Positions 9,535-18,433 of a stretch of DNA of 64,000 nt are shown here, in pieces. Both the position numbers and the translations under genes were made by a program. Position 1 is the stretch's first letter. The number at the start of each line of letters is the position of its first letter. Below the pieces are notes generated by a model, which saw only the letters and a program-made list of their open reading frames with translations, was not told the DNA's origin and did not search any database. The stretch is from Desulfobacterales bacterium (GTDB lineage: Bacteria; Desulfobacterota; Desulfobacteria; Desulfobacterales; UBA5852): NCBI GenBank assembly GCA_963674755.2, contig CAXXVS010000003.1, positions 2,656,001-2,720,000 on the forward strand, written 5' to 3'.

Positions 9535-11115
9535 CTAAGGGGCCACTTTCGAGCCGAACCACACGGCAAAGGCAAGCACCGCGACGCCCACCGCCGCCGT
9601 TGAGTAGGTAAAAGAGACCAGCGATTTTTTGGGGGTGCTCAGCTCGATTTCAGGGTTGATGGTATTGCACTGTTGGAACACCATAAGTTGGCTTTCCGAG
9701 GGACGGGTGGCGGCGCTGACCGCATACAGAACAATAAAGGCGCCGACCACGCTCCAGATGACGGGATGAATGCCGAAAGGCAGATACCCGCTCCAGGCCA
9801 GTTTCTGGCCCATAAAAACCGGGATGATGCTCAAGAGGGTATCCAGAATCAGCCCCGTCAGCATGGAGGCCACCGCTCCCTGTCGGGTGCAGCCGGACCA
9901 CCAGAGCCCCATGATCAGAACCGGAAAAAAGGCGGCAGCAAAAACAGAACTGCCGAAATTTCCTACCAGAAGAACGATCGTCGGTCGGCCCCAGGCGATC
10001 ACCACGGACAGCACAGCGATAAGCGCGATGGAGCCCCGGGCGACTTTCAGCAATTTCTTTTCGGCTTCGGCGCCAGCCTCTTTGAGAAAAAAGGTTTCAT
10101 AGATATCCCGGGAGATGCTGAAGCCCAGCGTTAATATTTGCGTGGAGGCAGTGGAAAGCACCGCGGCGAACAGACCGGCGATGGCCAGCGCGCCTACGAT
10201 CGGCGTTACGAGATCGGTGGCGGCCCACACCAGAACCGAAGAGGGGTTGGCTAGATCCGGATTGACCACATGAACCGCACCGGCGGCCAGGTGAGAAAGC
10301 CACACCACCGGGATCGTGATCATCAGTGCCAGCATGATCGCTTCGGTCCAGGTCCGGGCGTCCTTGGCAAGATAGGCCCGTGTTATGGCCGCCGGGTTGG
10401 CGGCGTTTCCCAGGCCCCAGAGAACCTGCCAGCCGATAATTGTCCCCCAGCCGACGACCCCGCCTGTGGCCGTGAAAAAAGTCGGGTTGGATTTGGCAAA
10501 GGCGCTGATGTTTTCCATTCCCACCTTAGCGAGGATCATGGGTGAAAAAAACATGCCGATGAATACGCATACCATGGCGAACATGATGGTGTCGGTTACG
10601 GTTACGCTTCTAGCGCCACCGGTGATGGCGATAATCGCAAAGACGATCACCATCAGCGGAAGCATGATGTTAAAGGGGATGCCAAGCACACCCTCGGTGA
10701 TGACGGCGCTTCCCACTAATTGGCTGATGAAATAGGCGCCGAGGCCGACCAACGTAACAACGGAGGAGAGAATCCGGATAAAGGGGCTGTCAAAGCGGGC
10801 CTGAAAGTAGTCACCCAGCGTCACCTGGCCGAAACGCCTCAGTTTGGGTCCGATAAAGAAGGCTGAAATAATAAATCCGGTGAACGCCCCCCAGATCAGG
10901 ATTGCCATGAGCGGCCCGCTTTTGTAAGCGGCACCGGTGATGCCGACCATCCCGACGGCACTAACCCATGTGGCCGTGTAAGTACCGGCAATCAGCCACG
11001 GCCCGGCCGTTCCTCCCATGACGTAAAAATCGTTCAGGCCCTTTGACTTTCGCCCCAAATAGACGGACACAAACAGGAAAATGAAGATGAAGCAAAAGAA
11101 GATGATTTTGAACAT
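9535..11115 (-). CDS. Sodium:solute symporter (SSS/PutP family)
   Basis: Many TM helices; TL.DYF..RF, GG...V..TD and AAVLSTAS motifs. Confidence 0.9.
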   Translation of the reverse strand: MFKIIFFCFIFIFLFVSVYLGRKSKGLNDFYVMGGTAGPWLIAGTYTATWVSAVGMVGITGAAYKSGPLMAILIWGAFTGFIISAFFIGPKLRRFGQVTLGDYFQARFDSPFIRILSSVVTLVGLGAYFISQLVGSAVITEGVLGIPFNIMLPLMVIVFAIIAITGGARSVTVTDTIMFAMVCVFIGMFFSPMILAKVGMENISAFAKSNPTFFTATGGVVGWGTIIGWQVLWGLGNAANPAAITRAYLAKDARTWTEAIMLALMITIPVVWLSHLAAGAVHVVNPDLANPSSVLVWAATDLVTPIVGALAIAGLFAAVLSTASTQILTLGFSISRDIYETFFLKEAGAEAEKKLLKVARGSIALIAVLSVVIAWGRPTIVLLVGNFGSSVFAAAFFPVLIMGLWWSGCTRQGAVASMLTGLILDTLLSIIPVFMGQKLAWSGYLPFGIHPVIWSVVGAFIVLYAVSAATRPSESQLMVFQQCNTINPEIELSTPKKSLVSFTYSTAAVGVAVLAFAVWFGSKVAP

Positions 11116-11163
11116 TATACCTCCTCAGAGCTTTCGTATAAGGGATTCGCTAAACCGTCGGGC

Positions 11164-11262
11164 TTACAAACGCCCGGTTTTCATGAAATAAAAGGCCAGC
11201 CCTACACAGATCATGTACAATGAGAAGTGATACAGCCCCACGCCGAGAAAGCCCATGTTCAT
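11164..11262 (-). CDS. 32-aa single-TM peptide, probable symporter accessory protein (not in ORF track)
   Basis: GGAG RBS then MNMGFLGVGLYHFSLYMICVGLAFYFMKTGRL*, directly upstream of the SSS gene. Confidence 0.65.
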   Translation of the reverse strand: MNMGFLGVGLYHFSLYMICVGLAFYFMKTGRL

Positions 11263-11345
11263 TGTCGTTCTCCTTTGGTTGATGCGCTTGAGATGAAAAG
11301 AGGTTTTACCCTCGTGCCGTTATTGAATCCCATGCTTGTGCCCGC

Positions 11346-12377
11346 TCATGCGACGGTCAAGACCGGTTTGGCCACCTTCTGCTGCAGCGCATCGCTAAAC
11401 GCTTGCAGCGCGTCATCCAGATCGTACATCTCAAGAAGCGGCGCGATCACCAGCTTCTTTTGTTCGATCAGGGCCAATGTGTCTTCATAGTTTTTCCATC
11501 CCGAGGTATAGCTGGTGGTCAGATTCCACTCGTTTCGGATGGCGTCCGAAAAGGGGAATCCCATCTTAGGCAAAAGCCCGAGGAAGAGCAGCTCGCCGCC
11601 TTTGCGCAAAAGCGGCAGCGCCGACAGGACCGCTCCGGGCGATCCGGAGCATTCGATGATGATGTCGGCCGGGTGATTTCCCGCAATATGCCGAAACGCT
11701 GTTTGCAGTTCGGTTTTATCCACGTTGATCGTTGCAAATCCGAGTTGCTCGGCCAGCTTCAGGCGCGAAAATGCGTCGCTGTCTTTGCCCACCACGATGA
11801 CGTTCCTCGCCCCTTTGAGCAAGGCCATCTGTGCGGCCGCTAGGCCAACAATGCCGGGTCCCATGACAACCGCGATATCGCAGGGGCGCATTACCGAACG
11901 GTCAAATAAGGCATGGGCGCTGACCGTGCATGCCTGGGCGGCCGCCGCCTCGGCCGAGGAGAGCGTCTCCGGTACGCGGTGAAGATATCGGTCGCCGATC
12001 CGAACGTATTCGGACATGACGCCGTCGATGCTCAGGCCCCGCATCCGATTGTTGAGGCAGATATGTGTTTTACCCTGGCGGCAGTTGGCGCAATGGCCGC
12101 AGGACAGATTGGATTCTCCCATCACCCGGTCTCCGACCCGGAACCGGGCCTCGGGACCTGCCTCGACAATCTTTCCGCAAAACTCATGCCCCAGAACTAC
12201 GGGGACGCTCATCCAGTGGTAATTAGGCGGGTATTCGTAGGCATGCAGATCGCTTCCGCAGACGGCTGCACACTCAACAGATACAATCAAATCATCGGGG
12301 GACTGGATAACCGGCTCAGGCCGAGTGACGATGCCGGCGCTGTTTTGCGTCCGTTCGGTTTTTGCGACAGCCCTCAT
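11346..12377 (-). CDS. Zn-dependent alcohol dehydrogenase (MDR)
   Basis: CGSD, GHE, CGHCANC..C structural Zn site, GPGIVG. Confidence 0.92.
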   Translation of the reverse strand: MRAVAKTERTQNSAGIVTRPEPVIQSPDDLIVSVECAAVCGSDLHAYEYPPNYHWMSVPVVLGHEFCGKIVEAGPEARFRVGDRVMGESNLSCGHCANCRQGKTHICLNNRMRGLSIDGVMSEYVRIGDRYLHRVPETLSSAEAAAAQACTVSAHALFDRSVMRPCDIAVVMGPGIVGLAAAQMALLKGARNVIVVGKDSDAFSRLKLAEQLGFATINVDKTELQTAFRHIAGNHPADIIIECSGSPGAVLSALPLLRKGGELLFLGLLPKMGFPFSDAIRNEWNLTTSYTSGWKNYEDTLALIEQKKLVIAPLLEMYDLDDALQAFSDALQQKVAKPVLTVA

Positions 12378-12441
12378 GTGTCAACTCCTCTATTTGTGGC
12401 AGCAGCTATTCGTTAAAAAATGGTCAATAATTTGAAAAAAG

Positions 12442-13215
12442 TTAGTCGACCAGTCTTCCGCCTTCGATGAAGATTGTCTGCCCGGTGATGTAGGCGGCGC
12501 CTTCTGATGCCAAAAAAAGAACGGTGGAAGCGATTTCTTCCGGTCGGCCGAACCGTTTCATGGGGATTCTTTCCAGCAGGGCCTTTTTGATCTCAGGCTG
12601 GTTTAGATACTGCGCGGTTTGCTGGGTCAGCACATAACCAGGACCCACGGCGTTGACCGTGATGTTGTAAGGGGCCCATTCATGGGCGAGCACCTTGGTG
12701 TATTGATGGATTCCCCCTTTGGTGGCCGCATAGATCGACAGATTCTTATGCCCCCTGACTGCCGATACGGAAGCGGTGTTGATGATGCGCCCGCCGCCGT
12801 TTGCGATCATGGTGCGACCGACTTTCTGGGCCGTGAAGTAGGAACCCCGTAAATTCAGGTCGACAATGGTTTCCCATTCGCTCGGCGTATAGTCCGCGGC
12901 AGGTTTGCGGATATTCAGACCGGCATGGTTGCAAAGGACGTCTACCTTGCCAAAGGTTGCAACGGTCTGCTGGACCATTGTTTCGATGCTGTCGATATCG
13001 CGTAAATCAACCTGGAGCGATTCGGCCCGACCAGCACACGATTGCCGGTGGCAGGCTTCGACGGTTTCCCTGGATGCTTCTGGGTTGATGTCAGCAACCA
13101 TGATATCGGCACCGCATCGGTAAAATGCCTTGGCAAATTCTCTCCCGAGGGTTCCTCCACCACCGGTAATTAAAACGGTGTGGCCGGTGAAGTTAAAAAG
13201 ATTTCTGTAGTCCAT
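12442..13215 (-). CDS. SDR oxidoreductase (KduD/gluconate 5-dehydrogenase-like)
   Basis: TGGGGTLG, NHAG, YAATK, VNAVGPG. Confidence 0.92.
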   Translation of the reverse strand: MDYRNLFNFTGHTVLITGGGGTLGREFAKAFYRCGADIMVADINPEASRETVEACHRQSCAGRAESLQVDLRDIDSIETMVQQTVATFGKVDVLCNHAGLNIRKPAADYTPSEWETIVDLNLRGSYFTAQKVGRTMIANGGGRIINTASVSAVRGHKNLSIYAATKGGIHQYTKVLAHEWAPYNITVNAVGPGYVLTQQTAQYLNQPEIKKALLERIPMKRFGRPEEIASTVLFLASEGAAYITGQTIFIEGGRLVD

Positions 13216-13334
13216 CGATTTCCTCTTTTCTGTTCAGGCCGGCTATGTTGTAATTTTCGTTGGGAGAGACGGCCGGAATCGTTCCCCTTCAGGATGCGCC
13301 GGAAACCCCAAAAAAACAGACTGCCGGTATACAG

Positions 13335-13350
13335 AGCAAGATCAATACCA
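13335..13350 (-). promoter_or_regulatory. sigma54 -24/-12 promoter of the SDR-pcaD operon
   Basis: Minus strand TGGTAT-TGATC-TTGCT, GG and GC correctly spaced, ~120 bp upstream of the SDR start. Confidence 0.75.
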
Positions 13351-13580
13351 GATATAGGAAAATTGCTTCGTTGTGGTCATAAAGGGGGGCGGCGGCGTCC
13401 TCCAATTAAACCCCTATGAAATAACGCACTATAAATTCAGGGTATTGTGGTCATTAGAGAGGCCAGGTAGTCATGATTATAGAATCAGGCGCTGAATCGC
13501 TGCCTTGACTTTTTAGGTTTTTTGGGATTTTCTTTCTGGCCGTTTAGGTAGCCTAAAATTTTCCCAAATGAGGGAGGAAA

Positions 13581-15668
13581 GTGATGCCGGCGGGAAAGTG
13601 CCTTTTGATTTTGTCCCTTGATTCCAAGGTGCATGCCCATCTCAAGCGGATTGTAGGCGAGATCATCGGAGACCAGGTTCGTATTCACGATATGTCGATC
13701 AATGATCCGGATATCTTGCACGTTGCGCCAGATGTCATCCTGGTTTCCGGTCCGTTTCTGGCCCCTGAGGCTTCCCGGTTTTTTCCCAATACGCCTATTA
13801 TCGCCCCTGTCAGGACCATCACCGGCCACAATCTGGAAAAGGTCGTGCGCATTCCAAGCAGGAAGCGGGCGCTTGTGGTCACAAGCCACCAGGAGGCTGT
13901 CGAAGGCACCATCAACGGTCTTCTCCGGCTCGGCATCGATCACATCGACTATGTCCCATACTGGGGTGAGCAGGAGATTGATCCAACCACGATCGATGTC
14001 GCCATTACACCAGGGATGTCCTACCTGGTGCCTGACGGTATCAAGTGTGTCATCGACATCGGCCCACGGGAAATCAGCATTTACACGTTTCTTCGGCTTC
14101 TGAAGGCGCTTGATCTCGACACGGCCCTCATTGAGGATTTCGCCGACCAGTACCTCCGGCATTTGATGGAGTTCACCTGGAAGCTGGTCGAGGTCCTCGA
14201 CGGCTCCGAGCTGCAGCGAAAATTCAAAGAGGTCGTCATCAATGAATTTGAAGATGGGGTTCTTTCGGTGAACAATGCCGGTATCATCACCCTGGTCAAC
14301 AATGCGGCGTTGAAGATACTCGGCCGGGAGTCGGCCCAGCTGATACAATCACCTTATGCTGAGCTCAAGGTTAAATTCGAGAAACTTGCCGATATCCGGA
14401 TCGGACCCAATAGGCCGGATAAAATTTCAGGGATATTCGCATTTGAAGGGAAAAAGGTGGTGCTGTCCAAAATTCCCGTCGAAAGTGAAAACCAAAGATC
14501 CACCATCATCACCTTGAGGGAAATCGATACCCTCCAGCGAATTGAAGAAAAGGTACGGTTGGAGTTGTCGCGGAAAGGCTTTGTCGCCAAATATCGATTC
14601 ACGGATATTCATACGACCTCGCCGTCGGTCGAGCTGATTATCAAAAAGGCGAAAAAATTCGCCCGCACCGGGAAGAACATACTGATAACAGGAGAGAGCG
14701 GCACCGGAAAAGAACTATTCGCACATGCGATCCACCGCAATTCGCCTCAGAAAAGCGGCCCTTTTGTGGCGGTCAATTTCGCGGGGCTCCCCGAAAGCCT
14801 GATCGAAAGCGAGCTTTTTGGCTATGAGACGGGCGCTTTCACAGGGGCGCTCAAAGGTGGCAAGAAAGGTTATTTCGAGCAGGCTCACGGCGGCACCATT
14901 TTTTTGGATGAAGTCGGCGATGCGCCTTTGAGCCTTCAGAAACGGCTATTACGCGTTCTGCAGGAAAAAGAGGTAATGCGGTTGGGCAGCTCCAAAATTA
15001 TTCCCGTGAAGGTTCGCGTGATCGCGGCAACGAATACCAGGCTGCACGATGCGATTTGTGCGGGAAGATTTAGGCAAGATCTTTACTATCGGCTGAACAC
15101 ACTGCCGATTGAGATCCCCCCGCTGCGTCATCGACAGGAAGATATCATGCTGATACTGGCGCTTCATTTGCGCAAAAATTACGGCATAGTTAAACATTAC
15201 AGTCCCGCTGCGCAACAATGCCTTCAGGACTACCCATGGCCCGGCAACATCCGAGAATTGATCAACGCTGCAGAATATATCACCTTTTCATCGGATGACC
15301 GGGAGTTGATTCAGCAGGAAGATTTGCCGCCGTACATTTTCTCGCCCGAAAAAATGCCCATCCCGACAGACGCCCGTGCCCTGAAGTCGGTCCAGGAGCT
15401 TGCCGAAAGTATTGCGGAAACTGACCATCATAAAAAACTGGTTTACCACTGCTTGCATTCTTTATACCTTCGTCCCGGAGTCGGACGGAATCAGCTGGTC
15501 CTGGATTTGGCAAAATGCCGGGTCGAGGCAACTGAAGGCAGAATCCGGTCGCTTTTAATCTGGTTCAAAAGCCATGGGTTAATAAAGGTGGGTAAAACAA
15601 AGCAGGGCACAATGATCACCGAACGGGGAACGTCGATGTTACGATTGCTTTCGGAGCAGGTTACATAA
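13581..15668 (+). CDS. sigma54-dependent transcriptional activator (PAS-like + AAA+ + wHTH)
   Basis: GESGTGKE, ELFG..GAFTGA, FLDE, FRQDLYYRL, WPGNIREL. Confidence 0.95.
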   Translation: MMPAGKCLLILSLDSKVHAHLKRIVGEIIGDQVRIHDMSINDPDILHVAPDVILVSGPFLAPEASRFFPNTPIIAPVRTITGHNLEKVVRIPSRKRALVVTSHQEAVEGTINGLLRLGIDHIDYVPYWGEQEIDPTTIDVAITPGMSYLVPDGIKCVIDIGPREISIYTFLRLLKALDLDTALIEDFADQYLRHLMEFTWKLVEVLDGSELQRKFKEVVINEFEDGVLSVNNAGIITLVNNAALKILGRESAQLIQSPYAELKVKFEKLADIRIGPNRPDKISGIFAFEGKKVVLSKIPVESENQRSTIITLREIDTLQRIEEKVRLELSRKGFVAKYRFTDIHTTSPSVELIIKKAKKFARTGKNILITGESGTGKELFAHAIHRNSPQKSGPFVAVNFAGLPESLIESELFGYETGAFTGALKGGKKGYFEQAHGGTIFLDEVGDAPLSLQKRLLRVLQEKEVMRLGSSKIIPVKVRVIAATNTRLHDAICAGRFRQDLYYRLNTLPIEIPPLRHRQEDIMLILALHLRKNYGIVKHYSPAAQQCLQDYPWPGNIRELINAAEYITFSSDDRELIQQEDLPPYIFSPEKMPIPTDARALKSVQELAESIAETDHHKKLVYHCLHSLYLRPGVGRNQLVLDLAKCRVEATEGRIRSLLIWFKSHGLIKVGKTKQGTMITERGTSMLRLLSEQVT

Positions 15669-15966
15669 ACCAGGCTTGCTATGCAAGGCGCCAGCAGAGG
15701 GGCCGATATTGTATCGAGCTGAGATTTTATCCCATACATCAACCGCGTTTTGACAGAAAATTACTGACGTTTTCCCCAAGTAACAAGGAAAGACTTGCTA
15801 TTTTTTTGCAGGATATGCCACTCATTGCCTGACAAAACCTTAGTCATTCCTGGGGAAATCTTGAGCAGCGCAAATCCGGCAGAGCGTCGCAGCGAAGTTG
15901 ATGAGGAAGGGGCGTCCATAGAATACGCCCTATAATGAGATCGGATTGGAAGGTGTTGCACGGACA

Positions 15967-16803
15967 TCATTTTGCTCGACCTCCGTCCGGCAAAGAAGGC
16001 TCGCTTTTCTCTTCAACGAATTCCTTTTCGACATAGTGGTTGACCGCCTTCATCATTGCTTTCACCTTTTCTGAGGCGGGCAACGCCTTACAGATGTCAT
16101 CGATATAGTTCCGGGAAATGACCGCATCGAGAGTGGGTTTGAAGTTCACGTCAAAAACCCAGCCGATCTGGAGCACCTTGAAATCGCTAAGCGTCTGAAT
16201 ATGGTGAAAATCGACAATCTTTTTGTTCATTACCGCGTCATACACCCTGTCCGATATTTCCGGGGTATCCGGCAGTTCCAGTTCAAGGGCACTGTTTGAA
16301 CTGTGGTCCGAGCAGCGGTAATGGCGGATCAGGACTCTCCATATATCCAGTTTGTCCGCATCCCGAAGCAATTTTGCATAGAACAAACATGGCTCCGTCT
16401 CTCCATCGGGGAGGGCGGGGCGATTATGGTATGATATAATCCGGTAGGCGAGATCTTTTAACGAATCGTTCAGGCAATCGAGAACGCCATGATCTTTGAG
16501 GGTTTTTACACTCAATGCGGCATGATTCTCGGATTTATAATCGACAAAAGTGCGATACAGGACATATTGTTCGAACCGCCCGACATCATGAAACAAAGCG
16601 GTAATTTCAGCAAACCGAAGCGATTCCCCTGATAGACCGAGGCTTTTGCCAATCCGTAAGATTTCTCCACAGACACGTTTCGAGTGACTTTTTTTTAGAA
16701 GAATATTCTCCCGGATATCGCCTCGATCGGTACAAAACGTCTCTGCATATCCATTAAACCACTTTCGCAGGGACTGTATCAATTCATCGCCGATATAGGC
16801 CAT
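15967..16803 (-). CDS. HD domain phosphohydrolase
   Basis: H..RV, LFHDVGRFEQY, RDADKLDI. Confidence 0.85.
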   Translation of the reverse strand: MAYIGDELIQSLRKWFNGYAETFCTDRGDIRENILLKKSHSKRVCGEILRIGKSLGLSGESLRFAEITALFHDVGRFEQYVLYRTFVDYKSENHAALSVKTLKDHGVLDCLNDSLKDLAYRIISYHNRPALPDGETEPCLFYAKLLRDADKLDIWRVLIRHYRCSDHSSNSALELELPDTPEISDRVYDAVMNKKIVDFHHIQTLSDFKVLQIGWVFDVNFKPTLDAVISRNYIDDICKALPASEKVKAMMKAVNHYVEKEFVEEKSEPSLPDGGRAK

Positions 16804-17059
16804 TGAACCATTTCCTCAAGTATCGTCTTCGCTCGAACCGTTGACGCCCTTACCGGCAGTGTAGGCCACCCGGTCCAATTGCGCCGATAGTCGGGCGATC
16901 ATTCGGGTGGCCAAGGTCAAGGCCCGTTGCAGACCAGGCACCAATACGAAGACAAGCAATGTTGGTAGGATTCGCTTCATTCCTTCCGATCCTGAAACGG
17001 TGTCGGCTGTCGCATGCGATCGACATCGGCCGGCTGAAGTCGCAACCGGCTGTCTACCG

Positions 17060-17130
17060 TCGGCTGCAAGATGCCGATGGGCGCATTGTCGAACAAATCC
17101 CTATATTTGTCAGCTCCTTTTTCAGCTCCC
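17060..17130 (-). pseudogene. Fragment resembling the start of a PAS domain
   Basis: DKYRDLFDNAPIGILQPTVDSR inside an otherwise implausible ORF; boundaries approximate. Confidence 0.4.
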
Positions 17131-18021
17131 GAACCCCCCCGACGTACATCGCCCGATGTTTTGGATGGCGGCTGTTTGGTCCTTCCGGGCTTGCGATGAT
17201 TTTGATGGCATTTTCCTGCCATACGGCGCACTCCTCAGTGTCCATCCCTATAGGGCATCTTTTGGCCCCTGGCGGCGTTCGCGCCTCCTGTCGGTCCTCG
17301 GCGCAGCCGGGCTACGTCTGTGGGCGCCCGTCGGCTGCGGTTTGTTGAACACCAATGTAGTTAACAAATCAGACGCGAAATCCTGCGCTGTGCGGCGGGA
17401 CCGGAAAGCAAAATTTACCACCTATAGATGGACACGCCTTGGCTGGCTGGGTGTGTGGGGCAACTGTCGTTGGGTCAATTTTGACACAATATGTGTATTA
17501 GGATGCCTAGTGGCTATTAGCCTGGGTCAAGGTAAATTGCAACTTCTTTCAGAGTCCGGTCGCATGCCAACCGGCAGCCTGGGAGGGGGCTGAAACCGAC
17601 CCACCGACCGTCGAGACTGGCCTGCGAAGGATTGCGCCGACGCCATCATTTAAGCCTGCCTGACCAGGAACGGCGGCCAAGAAGAAGCGTTTGCGTGCCG
17701 CACCCGGAAGGATCGACCGTTTCCTTCCAGCGCGTGGGCTGGTTTCGCAAGGGCCTGCCATCCGGAGCGCTTGACGTTTGCGACACGTTCGCCGTTGCCA
17801 ATCCCTGAGAGATCTAATGCTAAGAAAATCTTGACAAAATGAAATGTCTTTCAGTATCTACAGCTAATTCTCCTAAACATCGTACCGCTTTCAGTTCCTG
17901 CGCCTTCCTTTTACGATGACCGAAGTTTTTCCTGATCCGACCGCTATCCGCCAGGTTCGCCGCTCTTTCTTTCCAGCTATCTCAGCCATCCCTTCAACAA
18001 CCCCAACGAATAGGTGCCATC

Positions 18022-18345
18022 ATGGATGCCAAAGATAACCAAAGAAAAGAGGAGCGGCGCATGTTCAAGTCATCTGCAAAAATCGCCTTTTATGTGCCAC
18101 TGGAATATGAAGCCTGCTATGGGGTGAATTGTTTCAAAGCAGAGATTACCGATTTTACTGAAAAAGGGTTTGGCATCCTACTGGGCGATGAACTGGAAGA
18201 AAATACAGCCGTCAATATTATGCCAGATCAGGAATGCCCATCGGCAGGCAATAGGCCTACCCCGCAAGTATATCAATCTGTGATTAAATGGATAAAAAAG
18301 ACAGGTCCGGAAACCTTCAGAATCGGTGTTCAACATATTCGTTAA
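18022..18345 (+). CDS. Stand-alone PilZ domain protein
   Basis: RKEER (RxxxR), DFTEKG (DxSxxG-like), W....FRIGV. Confidence 0.7.
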   Translation: MDAKDNQRKEERRMFKSSAKIAFYVPLEYEACYGVNCFKAEITDFTEKGFGILLGDELEENTAVNIMPDQECPSAGNRPTPQVYQSVIKWIKKTGPETFRIGVQHIR

Positions 18346-18433
18346 CCGACTGAGCTCACCTATTGATGGTTTGATGGCGGTAATTCAAAATCGATACCCA
18401 GCTAAATGACAATTTCCGGCCGGGGAGTTTTCA

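Noticed and set aside
15761..15970. 69-aa ORF overlapping the HD gene stop (ATGA)
   Set aside because: No recognisable motif and atypical composition; insufficient support.
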